A stretch of DNA of 64,000 nucleotides from Candidatus Eiseniibacteriota bacterium (GCA_963744995.1 CAVUWA010000002.1:736001-800000), one strand, 5' to 3'. Shown: positions 7,335 to 17,811, numbered from the stretch's first letter. Numbers and translations are program-made. The notes: generated from the sequence alone by a model not told the origin.

Positions 7335-8876
7335 TCAATTCCCCGCGACGCGGACCTCGACTCCTTTCGGCACCGTTCTCGAGAATTGCACGAGCTCTTC
7401 GCGCAACTCGTCGCGACTCGAAGGGTCGACTGCGTAAATCCCGACGATGGCCCTCGCCGGAGCGATGCGTGGTTTGCCGAGCCTGAGTTCGCCGATTCGA
7501 GTCCAATCGTCGGGGATGGAGGGAAACCAATCGTCGTAGATCATTGCGGCCTTGACCCCGTACCGTTGCGTCAACGATTGCATCCAGTCGGGCGCGCCGC
7601 TTCGTCGTCGAAGCAGCGCCTCACGGGAGGCGAGTCCTGCCAGATCCAGTACGTAATGGGGGTTCCGGTAGGATACCCAGCCGAGATCGTTGACGGCCAC
7701 GACGTCGTCGACGTACTCGGTGGCGAAGCGGTGCATCTGATACTGCTGCTCGTAGATGTTGTTCGACGCCAGCGGCGTCAACAGCGCGATACCGATGTAC
7801 GGCACGCACGTGACAGCCAGCACGAGTATGGTCACGACCGCCGCGCGCCCCGCGCCGTACGAGCCGATTCGGGTTGCGACACGGCCACCGTACAAGTACG
7901 TGATCAGAAGGAGGGCAGTGCTCCAGATGTACGACTCGTATCGACCGAATGACCCGGTTCGGCTCGTCGACAGATGGATCACGATGGCGGCGGTGATCGC
8001 CGCAGCCAGGAGACGCTCGCCGGACGGACGGTCCCGCGAGAGCGCCGCGATGGCGAGGATCGGAATCGTGCAGGCGAGCAAGACGCCCTGCGTTGAGTCG
8101 AGATTGCGGAGGAAGGTCCTCACCACGAGCTGGGGCAGCCCGCCGAACGAACTGAACCCGCTCTTCGCCATGACGGATGTCGGCATGATGCCGGCATGGT
8201 GCATCGCCAGGAATGCCATGAAGGACCCCATCGCAGCGGTGATCAGGACCGCGCACACGGCTGCGCGCATACGATGTCCCCGGACGAACAGGTAGACGAT
8301 CGCCGGTGCAGCCAGGAACGCATCCTCAAAACGGATCAACGGAGCAACGACCACCGCGGCGAGAAGCCACCACGGGGCGGCGTGTCGCTCCGTCTCGCAA
8401 ATCAGTCCGAGTACGAGCATGGACGTGATGAGGATCTGGAGCGAGTGCTCCATGCCCGTGAACACCAGTCCGACGAGATTGCAGGCGATGATCAGGCTGA
8501 TCATCGCCAGCAGGAGCACCCTCGGCGGAGCGTCAGCGGCGACGCGGGCGACGGAGAGGATTCGCCAGATGACGTAGACGGTGAGCAGCGCGCAAGCGGC
8601 GTTGAGCAACAGCACGAAATAGCCGGCGAACGCGGACCCGGATGCGGGGGCGATGAGGAGCGGCCACAGGATGCTAGACGCGGGCGCCGAGAATTCCCCG
8701 GGATTCACCCCGTAGTGGCCATGGGCGATGTTCTCCGCAATCGCGAGGTGGATGTATGCGTCGTCCAGCGTGAAGACCAGATGACCGGAGTTGAGGATCA
8801 GGATCGCTGCGGTCTGGAGCACGACGACGGCCAACACGCCGACGATTCCGATCTTCAGAACAACTGAGCGGTCCAT
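7335..8876 (-). CDS. Polytopic membrane protein, GT-C-fold glycosyltransferase-like
   Basis: DDAYIH after first TM helix, GME, RFE and RY motifs, many TMs, soluble C-terminal domain (VNDLGWVSY...DLAGL). Confidence 0.65.
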   Translation of the reverse strand: MDRSVVLKIGIVGVLAVVVLQTAAILILNSGHLVFTLDDAYIHLAIAENIAHGHYGVNPGEFSAPASSILWPLLIAPASGSAFAGYFVLLLNAACALLTVYVIWRILSVARVAADAPPRVLLLAMISLIIACNLVGLVFTGMEHSLQILITSMLVLGLICETERHAAPWWLLAAVVVAPLIRFEDAFLAAPAIVYLFVRGHRMRAAVCAVLITAAMGSFMAFLAMHHAGIMPTSVMAKSGFSSFGGLPQLVVRTFLRNLDSTQGVLLACTIPILAIAALSRDRPSGERLLAAAITAAIVIHLSTSRTGSFGRYESYIWSTALLLITYLYGGRVATRIGSYGAGRAAVVTILVLAVTCVPYIGIALLTPLASNNIYEQQYQMHRFATEYVDDVVAVNDLGWVSYRNPHYVLDLAGLASREALLRRRSGAPDWMQSLTQRYGVKAAMIYDDWFPSIPDDWTRIGELRLGKPRIAPARAIVGIYAVDPSSRDELREELVQFSRTVPKGVEVRVAGN

Positions 8877-9054
8877 GATTCGAAACTCCGGGTGGAGGTC
8901 GGCACGGTCCGGGGCCCCACATCATCGCTCGAAGATGCCCCGAGACTATTGAGTCTAGATGTCCGCGTTCCCGCACTTCAAGGGCGGCGCCCGCTCGATG
9001 CTCGCTCGTCGCGGAATCCATCGGCGCCGAGCGAGGGTCGCCCGAGGCCACGGC

Positions 9055-10161
9055 TCAAAAGTGATCTTCCGGCGCCTCGGCCTGCCCATCCCGCGCCGTG
9101 ACCTGCCAGTTGTCGCGTCGGTCCGCCTCCGGTCGCCACGGCGGTAGCGGTTGCAGCAGGTAACGCGAGAGCGACCCCACGTAGGGCTCGTACAGATGGC
9201 GAAGCTCCGCGAGGCGCTGTCCTGCCTCCGCTTCCTCCGGCAGCTGCAGGCCGCTGTCGACCAGCGCCGATCGCACGCGCTCCAGCTCCTCAGGCGACAA
9301 CCGATCCGTGATCTGGTCCGGCGCGGTCGCCGGAAAGATCTGCGCGAGGTCCACGACGGCGTGTCTGGCCATGGCGAACGTGAGTCGCGCTTGGCGCACG
9401 CAGGTGCCGCGGCCGCCGGTCATCACCAGCGCGCAGCTGTCGAGAATCGCGGTGAGCGCGGCCAGCCACGACTGATTCGTGTGCTGCGAGCGGTAGAAGG
9501 CGAGGATCGGGTACGACAGATGCGTTTCCATCAGCTCGGCGGACCACTGTTCCCAGTCGTAGAAGAGCTTTTCGAGAGCGCCCTCGCCGGCCTGACGACG
9601 GATCAACTCGACGGCGGTCGGCGGCGAGCCCGCCCGTGCATCCAGGAGCGAGATCGCGTACTCCCTGCGTGAAAACGCCTGGTACAGCACCGGGAAGTAG
9701 CCGATCACCAGCGCCAGCAGTCCGAGCCCCATGCCCGATTCGACCACCGCCAGCAAGCGTGCCATCGCGCCGATCGGCACCGCGTCGCCCAGCCCGAGCG
9801 TGAAGAAGCACGTGCCGCTCATATAGAGGTCGAGCGCCAGGGACCGGGGTTCGTGTGCCAGGCGGATCGCGGACCCGTTCGCATGTTGCAGAAGCGCGAA
9901 CGCCATGACCAGCGCGGCGGCCCAGGTCGCGAGCAGCAGCACCAGCGACAGCGGGCCGAAGAAGCCCAGGTACGTTTCGCGCCGCCCGGGCCTCCGCACC
10001 CTCCGGGCGATCGCCCGGAACGGGCCCCAGATCGCGCGGTAGAAGTAGCGCGTGAGGCGCACGCGGCTGCTCGCGCGCCGCGGCATGACGATCGTCTCGA
10101 ACGCGTCCCAGAGCACCGCGGCCAGCAGGAGCGTGCCCGCGACTCCGGAGATCCACCTCAT
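9055..10161 (-). CDS. Potassium channel family protein (Ion_trans_2-like)
   Basis: Pore motif SGTCFFTLGLGD between TM helices; conserved ETHLSYPILAFYRSQH; start placed at ATG 10161 next to the upstream stop. Confidence 0.8.
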   Translation of the reverse strand: MRWISGVAGTLLLAAVLWDAFETIVMPRRASSRVRLTRYFYRAIWGPFRAIARRVRRPGRRETYLGFFGPLSLVLLLATWAAALVMAFALLQHANGSAIRLAHEPRSLALDLYMSGTCFFTLGLGDAVPIGAMARLLAVVESGMGLGLLALVIGYFPVLYQAFSRREYAISLLDARAGSPPTAVELIRRQAGEGALEKLFYDWEQWSAELMETHLSYPILAFYRSQHTNQSWLAALTAILDSCALVMTGGRGTCVRQARLTFAMARHAVVDLAQIFPATAPDQITDRLSPEELERVRSALVDSGLQLPEEAEAGQRLAELRHLYEPYVGSLSRYLLQPLPPWRPEADRRDNWQVTARDGQAEAPEDHF

Positions 10162-10162
10162 C

Positions 10163-10714
10163 TCAGCGCGGCAACCGATCCCGGCGCGCCAGGAGCACTT
10201 CAATGGCGTCGGCGAGATGCTCCTCGGTGATGTGATGGTCGCCGCGCTCGACGCGCAGGCGCTGCGCGGTCATCAGCACCTCCACGTCGCGAAAGCCTTC
10301 CGGCGTCTCGAACTTGTAGCAGGCGAGCTCGACCTTCATGCCGTTGGGATCCTGGAGGTAGATCGAATCCATGAAGCCGCGGTCGCGCTCGAGGAACTCG
10401 ATGCCGCGCTCGCGCAGCCGGGCCGGAATCTGGGTGAACGTCGCCCGCGACACGTTGAAGGCGAGGTGCTCGACGCAGCCGATCTCGCGCGGCGCGGGGC
10501 GCCGCGCGTCCTCGCGCTGCTCGTTGGTGAACACCGTGAGCAGCCGTCCGTCGCCCGGATCGAAATAGAGATGATTCTCGTCGGGCTTGCCGAGGTTCGG
10601 TTGCTCGAGCACGAACGGCATGCCGAGCACGCCTTCCCAGAAGTCGATCGCGCTCTGCCGGGTCGAGCCGACGATGGTGGTGTGATGGACACCCTGGACC
10701 TGGATCTTCTTCAC
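10163..10714 (-). CDS. VOC/glyoxalase family protein
   Basis: GVHHTT, FWEGVLG, HLAF, IYLQDPNGMKVEL; GTG start with SD GGAGG; promoter-like TTGCCG-17-CATACT upstream. Confidence 0.9.
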   Translation of the reverse strand: MKKIQVQGVHHTTIVGSTRQSAIDFWEGVLGMPFVLEQPNLGKPDENHLYFDPGDGRLLTVFTNEQREDARRPAPREIGCVEHLAFNVSRATFTQIPARLRERGIEFLERDRGFMDSIYLQDPNGMKVELACYKFETPEGFRDVEVLMTAQRLRVERGDHHITEEHLADAIEVLLARRDRLPR

Positions 10715-10881
10715 GGAACTCCTCCGCGAGACGCTGCGGCTGCGAGGCTGGCAGTATGGGGCCACGATCGAGGTGCGGCAACGGGAGAACCGGGGGGCGG
10801 CCCGCTTCGTGCGCCGCTCCCTCTTCGCTCTTCGACCCCTGCGCGCCGCGCCCGGGCGCGGCCGGGCGCGGGCGCGCAGGC

Positions 10882-12057
10882 TCAGTACCCGACGAACACG
10901 TACGCGTCGACCTCGTCGACGCTCGGGTCCCGCACGTTGTTCTGCATGCGTGCGTACTCGAGCCCGATGCGGCAGTTGGGATTCAGCATGTACGACAGAT
11001 TGCCGACGGTCTGGACGTCGTCTTCCTCCGGGAACACCTGCGCGCCGTCCATCGAGAAGCTCGGCATGTGCTGGATCTCGTAGCGCCCGGTCAGCACCCA
11101 GCGTCCGCCCTGGTCGAGCAGGTACACCGCTTCGAGCAGACCCGTATCCACCCGGTCACGCTGGCTCGAATCCGCATCGGCAAAGGTCTCCATGGTGTAC
11201 CCCGGAATGACGTACAGGCGGCCGCGGTTGAGATACGCGTTGAGTTCCGCCTGGATGTGCTGCGAGCTCGCCTTGTCGGCTGCGCGCGGGTCCTGATGGT
11301 CCACGTAGACCCGGGCAGTCACCATCTGGTCGCCGATGTCCCGAAGCAGCCAGCCGTAGTAGTTCTCGAGCTGGTTGAGCGTCTTCGCGTCGGGCTTGCC
11401 CGTCGTCCGTTCGCTGTTGATGAGGCCCGCGGCATACGTCCAGCCGTCGCGGGTGCCGTTGAGCTCGATGCCGCGCCCGTCCAGTGTCACCGGCGACAGG
11501 TAGCCATGAAGCGTAGTCTTGCGCGAGTCGGCCAGATACGGGATCTCCGCGTCGTAGATACCCGTCTTGAGGTTCACCGCGCCGTCCTTCGCCAGGTCGT
11601 CGAACTGCACGAACGCCATTCCCGTCTCCAGCAGTCCGGTGTCGGTCGCGAAGCCGTTGTCGAAGTGGAACGTCACCTTCGGCGCGAGCGTGCCGGCGGT
11701 GTGGAACTCGACGGCGTTCTGCTGGAATGACACGTCGTTGGTGCGCGTCGGGTTGCCGGTGCCCGGGTCGGGGGTGTGGGTGCTGGTCCCCATCACGCCG
11801 ACGTTGCCGACCAGCGAGAGCGGGAACTCCTTGTTGTCCCAGGGTGATTCGCCTTTGGTGCCGGGCATCCGGTAGCCGTTCTGGCGAAACTGCATCCCGA
11901 ATGCGTTGAGACGTGGAAACGCGACGTGGCACGACGTGCAGGGCATGTTGTACTTGCGCGCAAAGAGCGGCAGCGACTCCGCGCCCCGCGGCATCAGCGC
12001 CTGAGCAACGAGCGCGAGCAGAGGCGCAATGAACAGCACGAGTCGGAACGAACGCAT
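10882..12057 (-). CDS. Cyc2-like monohaem cytochrome c-porin fusion
   Basis: Signal peptide, then LPLFARKYNMPCTSCHVAFPRLNAFGMQFRQNGY (CxxCH in PxFAR context), beta-strand-rich body, C-terminal aromatic YVFVGY. Confidence 0.8.
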   Translation of the reverse strand: MRSFRLVLFIAPLLALVAQALMPRGAESLPLFARKYNMPCTSCHVAFPRLNAFGMQFRQNGYRMPGTKGESPWDNKEFPLSLVGNVGVMGTSTHTPDPGTGNPTRTNDVSFQQNAVEFHTAGTLAPKVTFHFDNGFATDTGLLETGMAFVQFDDLAKDGAVNLKTGIYDAEIPYLADSRKTTLHGYLSPVTLDGRGIELNGTRDGWTYAAGLINSERTTGKPDAKTLNQLENYYGWLLRDIGDQMVTARVYVDHQDPRAADKASSQHIQAELNAYLNRGRLYVIPGYTMETFADADSSQRDRVDTGLLEAVYLLDQGGRWVLTGRYEIQHMPSFSMDGAQVFPEEDDVQTVGNLSYMLNPNCRIGLEYARMQNNVRDPSVDEVDAYVFVGY

Positions 12058-12136
12058 GGATTCCTCCCGCGGAAGACGGTGTTTCGCACCCGGATGAGTC
12101 GTCGATGGGAAAAGGGGTCGGTTCGACGCGTTCGAC

Positions 12137-12583
12137 TCAGCGTCGCATCACCGCGTGCGGTGCGGGTCGCGGGAAGCCGTGCTGAGCCGGGCTCGGGGCA
12201 GAAGCGGCGACGCTTGCGGCGCCGTGCGGCAGGGCGCCGACGGCGGCCATGTGGATGGGGTCGTCGACGTCGTCCGTCATGGGCGGCCGCGACGCGGGCG
12301 CGGCACGGACCGGCGACGACGCCAGCGCGTCACGCAGGCTCGCCGGCCGGGCCCAGGATGGGGCGGCGTCGGCCGGTGCGGGCCGCGCATGCGGGGTCGA
12401 CAGGTGCAGAGGCGCCGTCGTGAGGCCCACCGAAGGATCCACGCACCGCCGGGCCTGGGAGTGACCGGGCGCCGCCGCGACGGACACGACGGCAGCGGAT
12501 GCGGAGCCCTGCCCGGGTGTGATGCACGAAACGGGCAGCAATCCGATCGCGAACAGAATGGAGAGCGTTCTCAGAGACGGCAC
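12137..12583 (-). CDS. Putative exported Pro/Ala-rich small protein upstream of the cytochrome-porin
   Basis: GTG start, hydrophobic N-terminus LRTLSILFAIGLLPVSC, low-complexity body, ends RPAPHAVMRR; no SD seen. Confidence 0.35.
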   Translation of the reverse strand: MPSLRTLSILFAIGLLPVSCITPGQGSASAAVVSVAAAPGHSQARRCVDPSVGLTTAPLHLSTPHARPAPADAAPSWARPASLRDALASSPVRAAPASRPPMTDDVDDPIHMAAVGALPHGAASVAASAPSPAQHGFPRPAPHAVMRR

Positions 12584-12859
12584 TGGGCATCGAGAACCCG
12601 GACGCAGGGGTGACACGGGCCGCGCCGATCGCCCGCGTCCGCTGGCGTCAGCCTTCGCAATATACGCCCGGTGCCACGCCGCGCCGCGGGATTCTCCGCT
12701 CCGGCACATCTCTTTGCGGGCCTGTGACATGGGGCGCCGCGCGCCTTCATGGCGGCGTTTCTGAGTTCGCTCTGAAGAGCGGGGACGTAGGGACAACAGA
12801 CGCGCTTCATCTCCGAAACCTGCGCCCGCCCCGGGCGCTCGAGCCCCTCCGGAGGTCCC

Positions 12860-15304
12860 ATGAATACCGGCTCATTCCCGCGAGCCCATCGCCCCGGCGT
12901 GGCGGCCACGATCCTGGTCGTCCTGCTGGCCCTCGGCCCGCCCGACGCCCATGCCGCCAACCGCTCCTGGCTCAACGCCGTGAGTGGCTCGGCCAGCACC
13001 GCGAGCAACTGGAGTCCGGCGATCGCTCCGACCTATCTGGACACCGCGCTCCTGTATGCCAACGGGACCTACACGATCTCGTGGGCGTCCCCGCAGGACA
13101 CGCTGTTCGCGATGTACAGCTATGGCACGCCGACGCTGTCCATCAGCGGGAATCTGGGTGTCAACGGCACCTTCGATGTAGTTACCGGCGAGCTGGCTAC
13201 CGGCAGCGGCGTGATTCGCGCCGGCCAGGTCATCGTCGGCGCCGACGGCGGCACGGGGACGCTGCGCGTACAGGGCGGTCTGGCCTCGAATGGATCGGTC
13301 GTCCATGCTTCGACGAGCTCGCCGCTGATCCTCGCCAACGCCGGCTCGGTGGCGAACGGCTTCGACAGGGCCAACGTCTACCTCACGGGCGGCGGTACGC
13401 TGCTCAGCAACAGCACGATCGAAACCTCGCGATCGACGTTCACGAGCACCCACGTCTACGTGAGCGGCTCGAGGAACCTGTTCGGATCCGTCTACCGCTC
13501 GACGCTCGGCACGCTCACCGCCGCGGGCGGCGGCGGTCGCGGCGACATGGTGTTCGGGGCCGGCGGCGGTACCAGCTCGAACACCACCATCGAAGTCTTC
13601 GACGGCGGTGTCCTGGACGTGAAGGGCTCGCTCTACACGGGGCGCGGAGGAAGCGGAATCCTCCACCTCTACGAGACCGTCGCCAACACGAACCCGCGAG
13701 CCTACATCTACCAGAACGCCTTCGTCGGCAATGACCCCTCGTCCGCGAACGCCTACCCGGGGAATCTCCTCATCGACGGCGGTACGGTTCTGATCGGTGG
13801 CTTGCTTTCGATCGGTGACTCGGACCATACGTCCGGTTCGAACGGCACGGGACACGTCCGGATCACCGGAGGCAAGACCGTTCTGGGTAGCCGCATCGTG
13901 ATGTACAACACCCTCGGCGGCACGCTGGAGATGAGCGGCGGCACCCTGAGGCTCCTCTCGGGCATCTCCGAGATCCATCAGGATCCGGCGTTCAACCTCT
14001 CGAGCAGCGTCGGCTCGCCGGAGATGATCGTGAACGGCACGGCGACGGTCCGCTCGTACCCGACGTCGCCGGACCCGATCGCGCTCGGTGTCGGCCGCGG
14101 CGGCGCCGGCCTGCTGCGCGTCTGCGGCCCGAGCGCGCGAGTCGAGCTGCAGGGCGACATGGCGATCGCGGACTCGGTCGGCGGCTCGGGCATCGTGCAG
14201 GTGGATACCTCGGGCGTCGTCTCCGGCGATTTCCCGATCACGTTGGGAGCGGGCGGAACGCTGAGCGTCTCGAATGACGCGATCGTGTCGAGCGTCTCGT
14301 CGCCCATCTACTGCAGCGGCGCGATCTCGCTCGACTCGGGCTTTCTGCTGAGCGGCGACGGTTCGGTGCTCGACCCGGACGGTACGATCGCGGGCACCGG
14401 TTTCGTTCATGGCACGTGGGAGACCCACGGCAGCATCGAGCCGTCCGGCGTCATGAGTTTCGACCACGAGATCCACAACGTGGGCGGAGCCTTCTCGGGC
14501 GGCGGCACCGTCCAGATCACCGGGGCGTTCTACGCCGGCGGCACGGCGGGGATCAGTCTCGATGCGAGCGGCGCCCATCTGTATCCGCACGACTATCCGG
14601 CAGCGCTGCCGCCGGCCCCGTTCGGCGCCGCCCGGCCGGCCCTGGCCCTGCGTTCGGCGCGGCCATCGCGCGCGGCGGGGGTCCCCGATGCGCCGCTCGG
14701 CCACCTGCACCTGACCGGCGATCTCACGCTCTCGAGCCTCAGCACGACCGTCATTCGGATCGGCTCGGCGGCCTCCGGCGAGCGTGACAGCCTCGAGGCG
14801 GATGGCGCTGCGAACATCGACGGCGTGCTCGAGCTGGTCTCGATCGCCGGGAACGAGCCGGCACAGGGCGACACGATCACCGTGCTGGAAGCCGGCTCGG
14901 TGAGCGGCACGTTCGCGAGCGTCACGCTCGACGGCATGGACGCGAGCGGCGAAGTCGGGGTGCTGTACTCGGCGACGGACGTGAAGGTCGTCATTCTGCA
15001 ATCGACCGCGGTCGGCGATCCCACGCCGTCCGCCAGCCCGACCGCGTTGCGCTTCGCCGCGACGATGCACGGCGGCGCCAGCTGGCTCGTGCTGGACCTG
15101 CCTTCGGCGGCGCGCGTGCGTGTCACGGTCTACGACGTCAGCGGGCGCGAGATCGCGCGGCTCGCCGACGACACCTACCCGAGCGGGGGGCGTTTCGAGT
15201 TTCCGATGCCGAGCGTCGCGAGCGGCATGTACTTCGCCCGCGCGCGCATCGATGCGGGAACCGGGCGGATCGAGAAGACGGCGCGGGTGTCGCTGCTGCG
15301 CTGA
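12860..15304 (+). CDS. Secreted Gly/Ser/Thr-rich beta-helix (autotransporter-passenger-like) protein with C-terminal FlgD-Ig/T9SS-CTD-like domain
   Basis: Signal peptide (AHA), ASNW motif, repeated vG..G.G.L strands; tail VYDVSGREIARL...SGMYFAR...VSLLR; no autotransporter barrel. Confidence 0.8.
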   Translation: MNTGSFPRAHRPGVAATILVVLLALGPPDAHAANRSWLNAVSGSASTASNWSPAIAPTYLDTALLYANGTYTISWASPQDTLFAMYSYGTPTLSISGNLGVNGTFDVVTGELATGSGVIRAGQVIVGADGGTGTLRVQGGLASNGSVVHASTSSPLILANAGSVANGFDRANVYLTGGGTLLSNSTIETSRSTFTSTHVYVSGSRNLFGSVYRSTLGTLTAAGGGGRGDMVFGAGGGTSSNTTIEVFDGGVLDVKGSLYTGRGGSGILHLYETVANTNPRAYIYQNAFVGNDPSSANAYPGNLLIDGGTVLIGGLLSIGDSDHTSGSNGTGHVRITGGKTVLGSRIVMYNTLGGTLEMSGGTLRLLSGISEIHQDPAFNLSSSVGSPEMIVNGTATVRSYPTSPDPIALGVGRGGAGLLRVCGPSARVELQGDMAIADSVGGSGIVQVDTSGVVSGDFPITLGAGGTLSVSNDAIVSSVSSPIYCSGAISLDSGFLLSGDGSVLDPDGTIAGTGFVHGTWETHGSIEPSGVMSFDHEIHNVGGAFSGGGTVQITGAFYAGGTAGISLDASGAHLYPHDYPAALPPAPFGAARPALALRSARPSRAAGVPDAPLGHLHLTGDLTLSSLSTTVIRIGSAASGERDSLEADGAANIDGVLELVSIAGNEPAQGDTITVLEAGSVSGTFASVTLDGMDASGEVGVLYSATDVKVVILQSTAVGDPTPSASPTALRFAATMHGGASWLVLDLPSAARVRVTVYDVSGREIARLADDTYPSGGRFEFPMPSVASGMYFARARIDAGTGRIEKTARVSLLR

Positions 15305-15578
15305 CAAGCGCAGGCACGTGTGGCCGAGCAGGAGCGGCCCGCCGGGGCAATCCGGCGGACCGCCCTGCGTGCAGGCTCGCCGGCGCCCGAGGCGCGCAGG
15401 CGGGTCGTGCCGCACCGCCAAACGCAGCAGGCCGCGGCCGCCCTGACACCATCGTCCCATTGTCCTCCGATTTCCTGCTGCTAGCGTCGGGGACAGGCGC
15501 ACGTCCGCCCGGCCGGCGAAGCCGGGTGTTCGAGCCCGTGCGGCGGTGGCTCCCCGCCGGCGCAGGGAGGGAGACGCC

Positions 15579-16481
15579 ATGCCATCCGACGACGCGCCGG
15601 CCGCGTCCCGCCGGGGCCGCGCACTCGCGCTGCTCGTGGTTCCACCGCTTCTCGTGTGGCTGGCAAGCCGCACGGGCGTCGTGGCCTATCGCGTCATGCG
15701 GGCCGTGGGAGAGGAAGCGCGCCAGGGGCCGGCGCAGTGGTGGATGGCGGGCGGTCCCGAGCCGGCCGCGCGCGTCGTGCAGCAGCTGGTCTCCGCGGCG
15801 GTGCTGGTCGCACTCGTTCTGGTGGTTGCACGCCTGATCCGTCACCCGGCCGGAATGGGACTCGGGCTCTGCCGCGGGCGCGTTTCACCCGGGGTTTGGG
15901 GCATGCTGGCGATCGGCTCGTTCGCCGCGTTCCTTGCGGCAGCGCTTCTGGTCGGTCTGCTGACGCGGCTGCTCGGCATCCCCGAAGAGTCCGGGGTCAT
16001 CAGTCACTACTTCAATCTGGTGGCCGGCGCACCAGCGGCCGTGGCGGTCGTGATGATCGCGGCAGTGGCGCTCGGCGCGGGGATCTCCGAAGAGCTGCTG
16101 GTGCGCGGCTGGCTGCAAAGCCGGCTCCTCAGGCAATGGCGGCCCGGCGTCGCCATCGCCCTGGCCGCGCTCGACTTCGGGATCATGCACGGCCACCCGG
16201 CGAGCATGCTGTATGCGTTTCCCCTCGGCCTCTGGCTGGGATACATCGCATGGCGTGCCGGGAGCATCGTGCCGGCGATGCTGTGCCACGCGGCGATCGA
16301 TGCCGCGCCGCTCACGGCCGTGCGCATGGGCGTGGACCTCGACTTCGAGACGACCCCCGCGCACGAGTGGTGGATCACCGGACTGATCCTCGCCGTGTGC
16401 GCGGCGATGGCGGTGGTGGGCGTGCGGAAGCTCGAGCGCGCGGCCCGCGGGGCCGCCGGCACCGCGATCGCGACATCGTGA
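15579..16481 (+). CDS. CPBP (Abi/CAAX type II) intramembrane metalloprotease
   Basis: EELLVRG, FGIMH and HAAID motifs; multiple TMs; SD GGAGG. Confidence 0.88.
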   Translation: MPSDDAPAASRRGRALALLVVPPLLVWLASRTGVVAYRVMRAVGEEARQGPAQWWMAGGPEPAARVVQQLVSAAVLVALVLVVARLIRHPAGMGLGLCRGRVSPGVWGMLAIGSFAAFLAAALLVGLLTRLLGIPEESGVISHYFNLVAGAPAAVAVVMIAAVALGAGISEELLVRGWLQSRLLRQWRPGVAIALAALDFGIMHGHPASMLYAFPLGLWLGYIAWRAGSIVPAMLCHAAIDAAPLTAVRMGVDLDFETTPAHEWWITGLILAVCAAMAVVGVRKLERAARGAAGTAIATS

Positions 16482-16527
16482 TCGACTCGGCGTCCCACAT
16501 GCGGCGCCGGGGCGCGGAATCGCTGCG

Positions 16528-17811
16528 CTACGCCGGCACCTCGAGCTCCAGATCCCGCACGTCCATCGGCTCGCCCCTGGACACCACCACCGCTGCGGCC
16601 AGGTCGCCCGTCACGTTGAGCGTCGTGCGGCACATGTCGAGGAAGCGGTCGACGCCGAGGATCATGCCGATGCCCTCGGCCGGGACGCCGACCAGACCGA
16701 GGATCATGATCACCACGGGGATCGATCCCGCCGGGACGCCCGCGGTGCCGATACCGCCGAGAATACAGATGAACACGACCGTGAACTGCTGCGTGAGGGC
16801 GAGGTCCACGCCGTAGAACTGGGCGAGGAACAGCACCGTGACACCCTCGAACAGCGCGGTGCCGTTCTGGTTCGCGGTGGCGCCGAGCGTGAGCACGAAA
16901 CGGCTCACATGGCGCGGCAGCTTGAGGTTCTCCTCGGCCACGAGCAGCGCGGTCGGCAGCGTGGCGTTGCTCGACGCGGTCGAGAACGCGGTGAGCATCG
17001 CCGGGCGCACGCCGCTGAAGAAGCGCGCCGGGCTCATGCCGCCGAGCCACGACACGCTCAGCGAGTAGACGACGAACTGCTGGATCAGCAGCGCCAGCAG
17101 CACGACGCCCACGTAGGCCCCGAGCTGGAACAGGATGTCGTAGCCGAGCCGCGCGGTGAGCGTGAAGATCAGGCAGAACACGCCGATCGGCGCAACATGA
17201 ATCACCATGTCGAGCAGCTTCATGACGACTTCGTAGAGCCCTTCGAGCGCCGCCTCGAAGCGCCGCGCCGGCTCGGTGCGGGTGAGGGCGAGGCCGATAC
17301 CGAGGAACAGCGCGAACACCATCACCGCGAGCATGTCGCCGTTCGCCATGGCCTCGACCGGGTTGCGCGGCACCAGGTTCACGAGGAAGTCCACCGGCGA
17401 GCCGGTGTTCGCCGCCGGCGCCGGCGGCGGCGCCGCGCTGCTCTGCAGCTCGAGTCGCGCACGCAGATCGGGGCTGATGCCGCGTCCCGGCTGCAGCAGG
17501 TTCACGAGCCCGACGCCGAGCATCACCGCGATCGTCGAGACGACGACCGTGTACGCGAACGTCTTGAGGCCGATCCGCCCCAGCCGCCGCACGTCGCCGA
17601 GCCCCGCCACGCCGAGCGCGAGCGCCGACACGATGAGCGGGATCACCAGCATGAACAGCAGCCGCAGAAAGATCTTTCCGGCGGGCTCGGTGACGTTCTG
17701 CACGACGCCGTCGAGGAACGACGAGCCGCCGATCGTGAGATTCGCGAGGACGCCCAGCACGAGCCCCGCGACGAGGCCGATGAGCATGCGGATCGAGAGC
17801 TTGTGCGACAT
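16528..17811 (-). CDS. Dicarboxylate/amino acid:cation symporter (GltP/DAACS)
   Basis: FLRLLFMLVIPL, AFSTASSNATLP, GATANQNGTALFE, GTAGVP, VDRFLDMCRTTLNVTGD; start at MSHKLS inside the over-extended ORF call. Confidence 0.95.
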   Translation of the reverse strand: MSHKLSIRMLIGLVAGLVLGVLANLTIGGSSFLDGVVQNVTEPAGKIFLRLLFMLVIPLIVSALALGVAGLGDVRRLGRIGLKTFAYTVVVSTIAVMLGVGLVNLLQPGRGISPDLRARLELQSSAAPPPAPAANTGSPVDFLVNLVPRNPVEAMANGDMLAVMVFALFLGIGLALTRTEPARRFEAALEGLYEVVMKLLDMVIHVAPIGVFCLIFTLTARLGYDILFQLGAYVGVVLLALLIQQFVVYSLSVSWLGGMSPARFFSGVRPAMLTAFSTASSNATLPTALLVAEENLKLPRHVSRFVLTLGATANQNGTALFEGVTVLFLAQFYGVDLALTQQFTVVFICILGGIGTAGVPAGSIPVVIMILGLVGVPAEGIGMILGVDRFLDMCRTTLNVTGDLAAAVVVSRGEPMDVRDLELEVPA

